64,000 nucleotides of DNA from contig NW_003314333.1 in the NCBI RefSeq assembly GCF_000143415.4, forward strand, positions 124,001-188,000, read 5' to 3'. The stretch is from Selaginella moellendorffii. Its lineage: Eukaryota; Plantae; Lycopodiophyta. Of the stretch, positions 49,101-62,923 are shown one piece after another. A program made the translations under genes and the position numbers. Under the pieces are notes generated by a model. That model did no database searches, had not been told where the DNA came from, and was given only the letters and a program-made list of their open reading frames with translations. How positions within the stretch are numbered: position 1 is the first letter of the stretch; each line of letters begins with the position of its first letter.

Positions 49101-52100
49101 TGGTTGGAGTACCGGGGCCGTGCGGAGTGACTGCGTCAGTGATTCAAAGGCTTGTTGCTGGGACTCACCCCAGACAAATGGAACATTGTGTTGTAGCAGA
49201 GCTATCAGGGGCCGTGAACGTGCAGCATAGTTGTGAAGGAAGCGGTGAAAGAAACCCGTTTGCCCGAGGAAGTTGCAAAGTTGCTTCACGTTGGTTGGTG
49301 GGTCCCGATCCAGAATCTCTTGAGCCTTGGCTACCTGGGGGCCTGATCCCATCCTGCGAGACATCAAAGCCTAGTAACCGGCCTTCAGTCACCCCAAATT
49401 TACACTTTGCCAGGTTCAATGAGAATCTGTGTTGTTGGCAGCAAGTGAAGAACTGCTCCAAGTGCACAAGGTGGTCTTCAAAGGAGTCAGAGGTCATGCA
49501 CAAATCATCCATATATACCCTCAAGGCGCCTCCAATCAAGTCGTGAAAGCTGTGGGTCATAAAGCGCTGAAAAGTAGCTCCGGCGTTACACAAGCCACAC
49601 AGGAGGACGTTGAAAGCGAAGACACCGCAAGGTGTCCGGAAGGCCGTAAGATCTCGATGATCAGGATGAATGAAGATTTGGTTGTACCCTAAAATGAAAG
49701 AGTAGTAACGGTGTCCAGCCATCTCATCCACAATCACATCGATAAATGGAGTTGAAAAGTGATCTTTCGCAGTTGCCTTGTTCAAGTCTCGAAAGTCAAC
49801 GCATAAGTGGAGTTTTCCATTTGCCTTGCATGCAGGGACAAGATTGGCCACCCACTCTGAGCTCTCCAAAGGGTATATAAAGCCGGCTGCCAGAAGTCGC
49901 TCGGTCTCCAACTTCATCTCAGAGTGAGATGCCGGGCTGAAACGCCGCATCTTTTGACGGACTAGTTTGGCTGTCTTTGAAAGCACAATACTATGCATGA
50001 TTGTGTCCATGGGAACTCCTAGAAGCTGGCTGTAGTCCCAAGCAAACACGTCCTTGAAACAGTGGAGGAGATCCAAGAGCTTTGCTACATTTGTTGAAGC
50101 AAGCAATGTGGCGATAAAGACCGGGTCCTTGTCATCACCCAGGAAAACAGCATGAACCCTGGAGTTAGGAGAAACCTTGGGCTCAGGGACCTTGTCTATC
50201 ATAGATTCCTCCCTGACTTTGGAAACCAAAGAGCAGGTAGTGCCTTTTGCCTCTCGCATCATGGTGATTGCTTGATGTGATAACCTGTCCGCCCAAAAGT
50301 TTTTTTCACGAGGGACACTTTGAAAAATCACATGAGAGAACTCATCCTTTAACTTGACCGCCCACTGCCATAGCTCTTTTAGGTTCTCTTTGCGGACTTG
50401 GTATTCTCCAGTAAGTTGGTGTATTATGAGTTGCACATCTCCAACGAAAGTGACTCGCCTAAACTTGAGATCTGTGGCCAACTTCATGGCATTGATAGCC
50501 GCCAAGTACTCTGCTTCATTAGCTAATGTTGCTGGCAAAGTGATAGAGAGGTCGGCTACTTTGTTCTCCACAGAATCAATCATCCAAACTCCAATGCCGA
50601 CAACCTGGTTTCTGGGGCAGAAAGCACCGTCAAAATAAGCCATAATCATAGGAGTGGCATCTTCTTCAAATAAAGATACTGGGGACACCACATCTGACAA
50701 GACCGTCTCTGGCGAGTTTGGTAAGAACGTTGCTGTTGGATTCGGAGTCTTTGTCTGTTGTTCTCTTTGCTTTTGATGCTCTGAGCGCTCAATGTCCAAT
50801 GCAAGGACTGTAGCCAAGTACTCTGCAAGTGAAGGAAGATCCTCCACCGAAGTCCAGTCCAAGTCTAGTGTTGAAGTTTCAGTGTAATACACTTGGACTT
50901 GTACTGGGGGTCCATGGTAGGAAATTTTGAACTCAAAGAGCTATAACTTGCATGCAGCAGGTCCGATTGGCTTGATTCTTTCTGCCAATTGTGTGTCTGG
51001 ATGTCTTCTTCCATATCCAACAAAAGGCATGACAAAATACGCTTGGAGTCATCAGCCACAACAATTTTAGTAGGAAGATGCTGGCTGTGTGACACCTCAG
51101 ATAGTTGCTGAGGAGGATTGAGTTCGGCTGTGTCTTGCGAAAGATAGACCTGGTCTAGAGTGACCGTGTCATCAAGCTCCATAAGAGAGAGTTGGTCCCA
51201 TGCAAGAAACGAATCGAAGAGCCCTTCTTCTATTGAGAAACTCTCTGAAAAGCTGGATATGGGGGCCTGTACTCTATAAACCCCACCATCAAATAAAGAG
51301 GGCGTGGCAAGAGGCTCGGCCTTACTCTCAAATAAAGAGAGTGAAGCTGAGAGATGTCTCAAGCTATCTGACTCACCTCCAACAATGTCGATCACATTGC
51401 ATGAGAAAGCATCCGTCATATAGAGGGTCGACTCCACTGCCAACTCGGGAAAAGCCTCTGTGAGCTCAGGAGGAAAGTATGGTGTGGATTCCATCTTAGT
51501 CTGAGCCAGCTGGGCTTGCTGAGAAAGAGCTCTGCCGTGGTTGTTGAAAAAGGTGGCGCTATGGGTTCCATCGCTAATTTCCATCTTGCCTTTTGCACTG
51601 TCGATGGTGCAATGGGTTGTGACTTGCCATGAGCGGCCAAGGATGATAGAGTCTTTCAAAGAGGACATTCCCAGACGTTGGTAGTCAACCACGAGGAAAT
51701 CTATCTCAGAAATAACACCTTGCACTGAGACCTTGACACCACAACAAATGCCCGTTGGAGGAACAGTGTGGTTGGCGAAGTTCTTGAGCACGATGGAGGA
51801 GTTCTCAATGATCTGTATCTATGCTGAAAGGGCAGCTTCGAGAGAGATAATGTTGCTTCCAGAACTGGAGTCAACCAAAGCATCCATCCTACAAGGGGAA
51901 GGACCAATCTGCGCCGGGATGAAGAATGGACCAGGATCTCCACTATATCTTGTCATGTCGACAATGTGCACCTCTTGAGGAGTCCTTTTGAGAGTGCTCT
52001 CTAGTGTTCCTAACCGTGCAAACTCCTTTAAACTCTGGCCGAATCCCAGGACAAGACACAACATATCTCGGAGCGAAAAGGTGATGGGAGTGTCAACCAA

Positions 52101-54978
52101 TTGTTGAAGAACCGGCTCTAGAACAGCAATAGCTATTGGTGAGATCTCTAGAGGAGAAGAGATTAGTGACTTGAAGGGGAGCTTACAAGCCACCCTCTGT
52201 GTCACTGGGCCTGATGCGAATGGAGATTCGCTCTCAACTGGCGTCGGGGGATCTGTGGCAAGCTGAGTAGCTACCTTCTTCTTTGCTTGGGCTTGAGTGG
52301 CTGCTGCTGCCTATAGAGTTCCTCGGCTACCAAAATTGTGTTGACCGATGAGGCTGGTGCCTTGCCTTTACTTGATGAAGGGGCTGCCTCAATTGCTTGT
52401 CGCTCCAACTGCTCCAGATATGTCTCTGGACCCCGAGACAATGAGGAATTATCAGCGAAAGGATGCTGTTGGACACGGTGAGAAGATGGATGTCGAAGCT
52501 TTGGGTGAAGCTTGAAGAGCAGCGCTGTGTGTTGTGTGTGTTCGTCTCGCAGTGAGTGCACCAACGGGATTTAAATCTGCATTCCCGAGCTGTAGTGGCC
52601 TCTTTCCTGGACTCCACCAACTCCTGGAGCAGTTTGTCATGGTGTGATTGTTGCTAAAGAATTATCTCCTTCAGCTGCCGCATCTTGTTGGGAAAGTTCT
52701 CAATAGCCGGAGGTGTATGCTCAATAGTGACGGGCTTTGTTGTGGACAGGTGAACAGCTGCACAAGGTGACTCTGACGGGGTGATGGCTTGGTCGAGATC
52801 AACTCTAGCAATCCCCAGGTCAACAAGAAGCTCTCTTTCCAGCTTCGAGGCAAACGAAAATGCCTCACGACAAGAGCTGAATGTCTTCTTAAGAAGTTTT
52901 CGCTACAAGTTCCCACATAGACCTGCTGTGAATGCTGTGATCCCCTATTGCTCATCTTGGACCACTCTGTGATCTTAACACTACTTCCAATATGCTCAAA
53001 ACCGGTTGATGTAGTCAGGAACAGACTCGTGAGCACCCTGCTGAAACGAAAAGAGGTCGACAAGTAGCCGATTTGTGGGTTTTTCTTCTACGAAACATTC
53101 TCTGAAAGAAGTAAGTAGTGTCTAGAAGTCTGTTCAGTCCTCTGGAAGGAGAGAATCTGCCCAAGTTGCTGCTTTGCCTTTGAGAGACTGCAAGAAGTCG
53201 CGGCACATACAATCATCATTGACGATCATGTTTGTGGTGCAGTAGTAATCAAAGCGACTGATATGCGATGTTGGAGAAACTGTTCCAACACCTAAAAAGG
53301 TCGGCAGATCACTCCCCCTCTGCAGAACATGGAGCTGAGGTCGAGCTAAAGGTGGCTGCACCATAGCTTGTAGATCTAAGTCACTGGAATCTACCGAAGA
53401 TGAAGAGGACTCGACCCGAGAAGGTGCAATGTCGTACCTAAGCTGCCTTTGGATGTTAGAAAGTTTACTCCATACCTTAGGGCCTTGAGGTATGGTAAAA
53501 GGGTGCCAATTTTTCACACGTCTAGTTTGTATCGGCATCAAATACCCTGAACATTGCAAATGCCTGGTCAAGGATAGTGCTCAAGTTGCTCACATTTGCC
53601 CAACATGCCTATGATGAAGAGAATTAAGGGTCAAAATGGAGGGAGATATAGGCCTCAAGTACACCTAACCATTGACTTGTAGCTGCTGAAGTAGCTGCTG
53701 GAGTAGCCGCTCGGGTAACCGATGAAGTAGCCGCTGGAGTAGCCGCTAGAGTAGCCATTGGGGTAACTGCTGAAGTAGCCGCTGGAGTAGCTGCTGGAGT
53801 AGCCGCTGGGGTAACCGCTGAAGTAGCCGCTGGAGTAGCCGCTGGATTAGCCGGTAGCCGGTAACTGGTAACCAGTAGCGGGGGACCTATAACCGGTAAC
53901 CACCTGCTCTCACTTCTACTCCTGCGCTTGTTTCAACACCAACTCCTATCCTTGCGCCTGTTCCTACTGTCCCTGTTCTTACGCCAACCCTTTTTCTTGC
54001 TCCCCTTGTTCCTGTTTCTACACCTACCTGTTCCTTGAAGATTGCTTCATTCCCAAGTAACCTCCAACAAAGTTTAGCCCAAAAGAGAAAAATGAGTCCT
54101 TTAGTCTTGATCTTTCCCCATTTTGACCGTTGGTGGGCTTGTTGGAAAGTGCTTAGCCTCATCTACCCTCTTATCGCAAGAATTTGGGAAGAAGCCACCT
54201 CAATATTCCCCAAAATCTAAGAAGAGGTAACCCAAAACACGAATATTGTGGAAAAACATGTGCATGTCATTGATGTAGATCGATACTAAGGCGCTGTTGG
54301 TATTTTTGGAAAGTGTAGGACCAGGAGCACCTCTAGAAATAAACGGCAGCCAAAACAAAGCCCGGAGGAGCACGAAATCCTGTTGCAAAGATTACCCAAT
54401 CTAGCCAAAGAAGAAAATCCTTTTGCATGCTGTCAATTTGGCCAAATCTAGTGCCAAGAATCACCACTACTCGTAGATCTAGGCCAGATCTACAAGCCCA
54501 AATGCACTACCTTGAGAAATTGAGCCGAGGATCCAGGCGAGAAAATGAAAACCCCAAAATGTTCCTCCAACTGAGCCAAGAAATGTTGTATCTCTTCAAA
54601 TATTGTATGGCTTGATGAGCGCCATACCTTACTGGAAAGAGGAGCTTCAGATATATCCAACACACCCAAGATCAAACAAAACTGCCACAAGACGAACAAG
54701 GAATTCCTTCCCAAAATCTGCTGCCCAAAAGGAAAAGAGAGAAATGACGCCCAAAAAGTGTTGTGCGTTCACGCTAGGTTCAACATTTGTTTTGGGAAGG
54801 AGGGGCACCTCCCCCAACGCTTGCTCAAACACGAGAAATGCTTCAATGCTCTTCGCAAAATGCCCCCCCCCTTGCCCTTGTGAGGCAAGGGTTTTATACA
54901 AGGAAGATAGGGAATATTTTGAGGATCAAAATATTCCCTTTCTCACTCTCTCACTCTCTCAATGGCCACGCCCTAACA
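46114..54978 (-). mobile_element. Family A copy A3, full length (8.9 kb), about 190-bp LTRs, 4-bp TSD GGAG
   Basis: LTRs at 54788-54978 and 46114-46301. GGAG at 46110-46113 and 54979-54982. gag, PR, aRH+RT (ORF 49165-50892), RH and INT, with frameshifts. Confidence 0.95.
53680..53850. repeat. 12-bp tandem array (GCTGGAGTAGCC) in the A3 leader
   Basis: About 14 degenerate units, against roughly 3 at the equivalent site in A2 (33835-33875). Confidence 0.85.
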
Positions 54979-56098
54979 GGAGGAAGGACAAAGAGGCTGT
55001 CATCAACAAAGCCGAAGACGAAGGGGAGGATAGCGAAAAAAGAAGTGACAACACTGGCAGAAGTTAGAAGAAACTTGACTTCGATCAGTATTTCCACGCA
55101 TTAGGGAATCCACAGGTAGTACAACCCATGTTGGTTTCAATGGCAGGAACGTCCAACCCCGTCATCATGAAGAAGGCTCTTCCTCCTACCTTTCATGGAA
55201 TGGAGAATGAAGACTATGAGTGGCACTTGAAGCAGTTCAACATGGCATGTGCACTCAACAACGAGATAATGGATGTCGAGAAGATTGCACTGTTTCCTTT
55301 CACTTTGAAGGGAGATGCGGCAGAATGGTTCTACGACCAGAATGATACCTACGCCACCTTTGCTGCACTGTCTCACGACTTCAAAGGATACTACAAGAAG
55401 AAGTACGAGTGCCGTGATCTAGTGGTGAGATTGCAAGAGATCTAAAAAGGGGATACGGAGTTGGCAGAAGACTATGTTAGAAGGTTTAGCAAAATCTATG
55501 GCCAATGTGATGCCACCACTGTTCCGGATGTCTTAGCTATGAACTAGTTTCTCAACGGACTTTGGTCTGAGATGCAGACTCTAGTATGGCTAGAAGCACC
55601 CACCACATTGGACACTGCTTGTGCGGCTGCAGAGAAAGTCGACAAGATACTGTGCAAAACACGCAATGCACTCAGAAGGGAGCTTCATACGAAAGGTGGT
55701 GTCGATCGGTCAGCTGACTTGGTGAAGAAAATGGGATAACTGGAAGATTTGGATATTTGACAGCCCAGAAGAAAGGATATATTCTGCTCCATCTGTAAGA
55801 ATGAAGGGCACTATGCAAATGAGTGCAAAACCCCCAGATGTCAGATATGCAATCAAACAGGACATGGAGCAAGGAGCTGTCGATACTACGTAAGACCCGA
55901 ACCAGCAGCTGCACAAGTGGAACTGAGCGATTACTGGCTGCAACAAGGTCAGCGGCAACAACCGCTCCCAAAAGATTACCCACGCATGACGAACCATCCG
56001 AGGCAACGACAATGGTTCGAGCGACAACAACAACAGTAGTTCAAACAGTGCCCTCGGCAACCTCAACGACAGCAGAACCAAGATCATCAACAACTTCA

Positions 56099-59000
56099 AC
56101 TCTTTCCTTACTGCCATGATGGCAAGAGGTCGGTACTATTGGTTCCCTTTATTGGCCCCTCTTGTCCAAGTGTTAGTAAACTGGACTTAGCATCTGTACT
56201 TGGCCAGATGAGCATAAGGATGGAATTCCTAAGTGTCTATTTGGCCAAGCATACTTGGCCCGGCTTTTTAGTTCTTTTTTTCTCTGTCTAGCACTGGCTT
56301 GGCAAGAACCTTCGCGTATTGAGACTAATCCCTCAATATCGCCGGATGATAGCTTAGCGTGTTTGCCAAACACCCTCGCTATCACACCCTTTGTGTTAGT
56401 CTCATTTTGGTCCCAAATACTATTTATGGAAAGTGTCTAGATTTGCTCATTTGGCATATCTATAGAATGTAGAGGTCGGCCTGAACATAATGGTGTTTGT
56501 CCCGTGTCCAAATTCGCAATCTAAGGACATTCCATATTTAGTAAGTTTCGAGCTTGTCCCAGAGACTAACTCCTGGTACTAAGGGAGGCTTGGGGTGAAA
56601 GCCCAAAGTGTGTGTTCCTCGGGGGGGGCTATGGGGGGTTCCAAATGTATAGTAGGGATAATGGTTGGAATGCATGTCCGACCACCTGAGACATTAGTTT
56701 AGCTCCTGCTGGGCTGTGTCGCTCCTTGTTCTGCATCCGGCTTGGGTCTAAGCCTAAGCTCCACACTGCTCTAGTCGGTGGAGTACCCTCCTCCTCGCAT
56801 TAGGCCACCGGTATGCCAAAATTGTGCCAGACTCCGTCTGACACCATTTTGGGTGCACGTGCTGGATACGGGGAGCTGGTGCTTGTGGGATTGTACCAGA
56901 CCCTCGTTTCGTAGCGCAATGGGCTTGGAGTTCGGCTCCAAATTCAGGTGCGCTACATTTGGTATTGGAGCAATTGTTTCAGCGATTCCTATCCAACATT
57001 TGTTGGATTTTCTGACTCAAGTTGCATACGCAGAGACTTTTCTAGTAGATCCGAAGCGACCTGTGTAGGATTAGTTGGATTGCACCATTCGGTAAGAATG
57101 TTGTAGGCATGTTCAATTACTGATAGAGGCATGCATGCAACTAGCAGAATGGTGAAGAGGAACCGTGTTGATGACGTAGAAACCTCTAGACGGGCGAATC
57201 GAGAGGAGGAAACTCCTACTAGAGATGCTGTGAAAGAGGCTGAGGCCGAGTCAGAAGAGGAAGAGCCAGATGCGGCAGCGCTGCAGCGTACAGCTTAGGA
57301 AGTCGAAATCGAGAATTTGTGAAGGGAGATTCACAAATTAAAGAAGGAGAACAAGAAAAGGAAGAAAGAAGCTGAGGCAGCTAAACCAGCTAAGCCTAAG
57401 CAACCGGACTCCTCTTGGAGTTCTGAGGACGATGAAGTTCTGCAGCCGCCCCCGATTGCACGAGTTTCAAAGTTCAAGCCTCTGAAACCACCCAAATTCA
57501 AAGGCATGCGGGACTATCAAGTTTTGGAGGACTGGGTCTACGATATGGAAAATTATTTCATAGCGGCAGATGTAGATGATTGTACGAAAGTTGTGTGCGC
57601 GCAATCCTTTCTCACCGATCATTTTCTAGAGGGTTTAAGTTCATTTTCTCGCAATGAGATTTTGAAGTTTAAGCCGAAGACGTACCTAGAGTGTAAGGAG
57701 GCAGCATAGCAAGTTGCCTTTAGTCACTCGCTCATGGAACAATATTAGCAGCCGTATGTTGGTACCTCGGATAAGAATAAGAATTCTGGGAATAAACAAG
57801 GTGATCGGAAACAGAGGGTGGAAGGCAAGTTCTGCTTTGGAGGCTCATAAGCAACGGTTAACAAAGGTGGTGGTGGTTGGAGACCACCAGCAGCTTCTTC
57901 TGATCCTAGGCCCCTTGTTCCTCCTCCTGGTGGGTACAAGCAGTAGCAACCTGCAAAACCTGCTCCTAGCGGAACGGGTAGTGTGGGTCATTGCTTCTAT
58001 TGTGGAGAGTCGGGACATAGGTCCTCGGAATGTCCCAACAAGCATAAGACAAGGTCTCGAGTTAATGTCATGAGGGAAGACAGTGGTGGTGAAGCTGAAG
58101 GGGTTGACGAATTGATCAATGCAGACTATGAGGAAGAAGAGGTGAGTAACTTTCGTTGCTTTCCTCAAGCTTTTCTTGCAGTCTAAACCCACCCAAGGCC
58201 CCTCGGTCCCAGTCTCAACCTCAAGTCGGTTTGGAAGCCCCACTGGAGAGTCCCTTCTAGTAGGCTTTGTCCGTGGACACCGAATCCGAGTGATGATTGA
58301 CACGAGAGCTACGTACAACATGATATCCGAAGACTTAGTTAAGTTGTTAGGATTGAATGCTAAGCAAATGTCACCTATGCACTTCCGGTTTGCGGAAGGT
58401 GGGCAAGTAGCTAGAAATTTTGTGAGTGATGTTCCAATAAAGATATCCAAGTGGAAAGAAAGAGTGGACTTAGTAGTGTTGAAGATACCAGATTTTCAGA
58501 TGGTGTTTGGTATAGACTTCTTCAACAAATATATAAGAGGGATTTATGGTGCTGGACAAAGTTGTATCACGTTGAAGTCAGAAGGACGTCCCGATGTGTC
58601 CTTCCAATTGCAAAAGCGTTCCTCAAAGGATTGGGGATGCAAAGTTCCTAACTGCAAGGGCCGCTCAAAAAGCAGCAAAGAAGGGATGTCGGATCTTTTG
58701 GGTTTAAGTGATGGAAGCTAAGAGTGTTGGTGACTCAATTCGAATTGGTGATGGGGTTGATCCTGTACCACAGAAGATATTGGAGTTATTGGTGTGGAAT
58801 CAAGATATCTTTCCAAAGGATTTGCTGCTAGGGATACCTCCTAGCCGTGAGGTTGATCATTTGATTGAGGTTATTCCAGGTTCTAAACCACATACAAAAG
58901 CTCTATATTGGTTGAACATCAAGGAGATGGCTAAACTCAAGAAGCAACTCAAGGAGCTTCTTGACAAAGGTCATATCCAACCCAGCAAGTCACCTTATAG

Positions 59001-62000
59001 AGCACCGGTCCTTTTTGTTTTGAAAAAGGATGGAACCATGAGGATGTGTATTGACTATCGGGCACTTAACAAGATCACGGTTAAAAACAGTTATCCTTTG
59101 CCTCACATTGATGACTTGTTTGACCAACTCTTAAAGGCTAAGTATTTTATGCGACTTGATTTGTGGTCCGGGTATCATCAGATACGGGTGGCGGATCAGG
59201 ATGTGGAGAAGACAGCCTTTAAGACTCGGTACGGATCTTATGAGTTCCTTATCATGCCGTTCGGGTTATGTAATGCTCCAGCAACGTTCAGCACTATGAT
59301 AGATAGAATATTCAGAGATTATTTGGACGCATTTGTTGTCCTTTATATCGACGATGTTCTAGTCTTCAGCAAAATGTTGGAGGATCATTTGAAACACTTC
59401 GAGCTGGTGTTTCAAAAGTTGTGCAAACACAAACTGTATGCTAAGGAAAGTAAATGCGCTTTTGGTCAATTGTGTGTAAACTTTCTTGGACATATAGTTG
59501 GTGGTGGCGTGATTGAAGTCAACCTATAGAAGGTGGAAGCGGTGAAGTTTTGGGAAGTCCTGACCACTGTATCAGATGTTCGTTCCTTTCTCGGTTTGGT
59601 GGGATACTATCGCAAGTTTGTCCGCAATTTTGCAAGAATTGCTCTTCTGTTGACTGAGTTGACAAAGAGTAATATTCCATTTCACTGGACACCAGCTTGT
59701 CAGCGTGCTTTTGTACGGTTGAAGGAGATCTTGACTACAATTCCTGTTTTCAGGATCCCAGATCTTGATAAACCCTTCAAAGTGCATTGTGATGCATCTA
59801 GTTATGCTATTGGTGCGTGTTATAGCAAGATTATGACAAAGCAATTGGTGTTATGCTAAGGTGACATGGTTGTCCTGTTGTGTTCTATTCCAAGAAATTG
59901 GATGAAACCCAATGAAGATGGTCAACGCATGAGAAAGAGATGTTTGCTATAGTGTCGGCTCTGGAACACTGGAGACACTACTTGGGTGGACACACCAAGG
60001 CTTATACAGATAGTAACACACTAAGCTACTTTGCTATGCAACCTAACCTTACGCCAAAGCAGGCTCGTTGGCAAGAGAAGCTTGGTAGATATGATATTGA
60101 AATCATATATAAACCTGGTAAAGACAATATTATTCCAGATGCGTTGAGTCGTCAGGCTCAATTCCAGGCAATATCGGCAATCAGTTCGGACTGGTTAGAG
60201 GACGTTCGGGCTTTGTATGGAAGTGATCCATTGGCGAAGGCAATTTTATGCCGTGCGGGGTTGTTGAAGTAGAGCCCTGGTAGCGAAGCAGCAAAAGTTG
60301 CTAGTCGCACTAATGCGAAGCTTCACTTCTCAGTTCGGGATGGGCTTATATTCTATAAGAAAGAAAGATTGTATCTTCCCTCTAAGGATCTTCAGCAATT
60401 ATTTCTACGGGAACATCATGATGTTCCAGCAGTGGGACATGGTGGACAGCAAAAGACTCTGACTTCATTGAAAAAGGGATTTTTCTGGTCTGGTATGGAA
60501 GGTGATGTAGTGGACTATGTCTGTTCCTACCCTATATGCCAGCAATGTAAGCGCAAAGCTAAGAAGCAGGCTGTAAAGTTGTAGTGCATTCCCGCACTGG
60601 CATGGCCATTTCAGAGTGTGACACTTGATTCCGTCACTTGCTTGCCAAAGTCTAAGGGTTATGATACTTTGATGGTGGTTGTGGATTGGTTGTCGAAGAT
60701 TGCACACTTCATTCCAACTGTGGGAACAGTGAATGCGAAACAAGTAGCAAAGCTCTTTTTTCATGAAGTTGTGCGAGTTTGTGGTCTTCCCGAAGAGATG
60801 ATCTCGGATAGGGATTCGAGGTTTACGGGGAAGTTTTGGGGCATGCTGTTCCAGTTGTTTGGTACCAAGTTGAAGTTTAGTACGGCTTATCATCCTCAAA
60901 CTGATGGGCAGACCGAACACGTGAATGCTCAAGTTGAGGATTATCTACGGTACTATGTCGCGGCGGACCAACGCAACTGGGTTGAGCATTTGAATACAGC
61001 AGAAATCTGTTATAACAACACTTTTCACAGCACTATAGGTTGTTCTCTATAGGAGATGCTACAAGGGAATGCTCGTGGGGTTCCTCAACAGATCGTTGTA
61101 CCGAAACCAATGACCAAAGTGTTGGTCCCAGCCGTTGAAACTTATGCAGAGCAGCTACGCCATGGTTGGTCTAGAGCTACTGAGGCGATGGGTAAAGCTC
61201 AGGATAGGTATCGACGTGATAAGGATCAGCATCATCGGGATGTATCCTATCAAGTGGGAGATCAGGTGTGGCTATCTTCCCGGAACTTGAACATTAAGGG
61301 ATCTTTATCTCGGAAGCTGTTACTGAGATATGTTGGACCTTATCGGGTGAGTTTGTCACAGAGTATGAGAATAGTAATAAAGACTAGTTTTTGTAAAAAA
61401 AAGAAACCTTGTCATAAATCTTGCAAATCAATAAAGTAATATATTTCTATCAATCAAAGTGTCGTTTCTCTCATTCGTTCGTACTTGGGTCAGTTTTGGC
61501 AGGCTGACTTCGGCACTTCGGTGCATGGGTCCAATCCATAACCATGGGGATAACTATTATAGACTGATCACAAGTCCCTGCATCTCTCTCGATGACTCAT
61601 TTTCAAAAAGGGGTGTGGTCATGTAAACAACTTAATCTGCCAATTTATAGTAGTTGTCTAAATCTTCCCGACGGGGTTGATTTCTTGCTCAGGGGCAGTT
61701 GGGCCTGCGGCCTTCTCCCTATATCCCTACGGGCAGGGATGTATTATTCCTTTGTAAGCCGAGTGGTACTCAGAGCAGCAAGGGTGGCTAACTCTGTTAG
61801 TCATTTCCTTGTCGGTGACAGCTAGAGGGTGTCTGAGTCTTAATGTCTTTGGATGTAGAAGAGAGGTCGTTCCATAACTCATTTAAGTCGGTGTGTTTCC
61901 CATATAGTGTGCTTTCCGTTAACTTTCGGAGTTATTTCCTTGACGGTTTGCTAGACTCGGGTATACATCAACGAGGACGTCGATCTTCCCTAAGGGGGGG

Positions 62001-62923
62001 AGAGTGTCGCAAATGTGACTTCGGGTATTGAAAGATACTTGTCAACTAGTCCTTACAGACACTCTTTCCTTACTGCCATGACAGCAGGAGGTCGGTACTG
62101 CTGGTTCCCTTTATTGGCCCCTCTTGTCCAAGTGTTAGTAAACTGGACTTAGCATCTGTACTTGGCCAGATGAGCATAAGGACGGAATTCCTAAGTGTCT
62201 ATTTGGCCAAGCATACTTGGCCCGGCTTTTTAATTCTCTTTTGCTCTGTCTTGCACTGGCTTGGCAAGAACCCTTGCGTATTGAGACTAGTCCCTCAATA
62301 TCGCCAGATGATAGCTTACCGTGTTTGCCAAACACCCTCGCTATCACACCCTTTGTGTAGTCTCATTTCGGTCCCAAATACTATTTATGGAAAGTGTCTA
62401 GATTTGCTCATTTGGCATATTTACAAATGTAGAGGTCGGCCTGAACATAATGGTGTTCGTCCCGTGTCCAAATTTGCAATCTAAGGACATTCCATATTTA
62501 GTAAGTTTCGAGCTTGTCCCAGAGACTAACTCTTAGTACTAAGGGAGGTTTGGGGTGAAAGCCCAAAGTGTGTGTTCCTCAAGGGGGGGGGGGGATATGA
62601 GGGGTTCCAAATGTATAGTAGGGATAGTGGTTGGAATGCATGTCTGACCATCTGAGACATTAGTTTGGCTCCCACTGGGCTGTGTCACTCCTTGTTTTGC
62701 GTTCGGCTTGGGTCTAAGCCCAAGCTCCACGCTGCTCTAGTCGGTGGAGTACCCTCCTCCTCGTGTTAGGCCACCAGTATGCCAAAATTGTGCCAGACTC
62801 CGTCTGACACCATTTTGCGTGCAAGTGCTGGATACAGGGAGCTAGTGCTCGTGGGATTGTACCAGACCCTTGTTTCGTAGCGTAACAGGCTTGGAGTTTG
62901 GCTCCAAATTTAGGTGCACTACA
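56099..62923 (+). mobile_element. Gypsy element C (chromovirus-type RT/INT), near full length, decayed
   Basis: 5' LTR 56099-56957 lacks its first ~56 bp. PBS TGGTATTGGAGC at 56960. CCHC CFYCGESGHRSSEC; PR IDTRAT; RT YIDD; RH VHCDASSYAIG; INT FSTAYHPQTDGQTE. PPT at 61992-62004. 3' LTR 62005-62923. Confidence 0.93.
61354..61820 (-). mobile_element. LTR-like insertion without TSD, replacing the integrase C-terminus of C
   Basis: TGTCAC...GTGACA ends and a TATA-like CTATAAAT on the minus strand. Flanks GAGTT and GCTAG do not match. The integrase frame stops at GPYRV. Confidence 0.65.
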
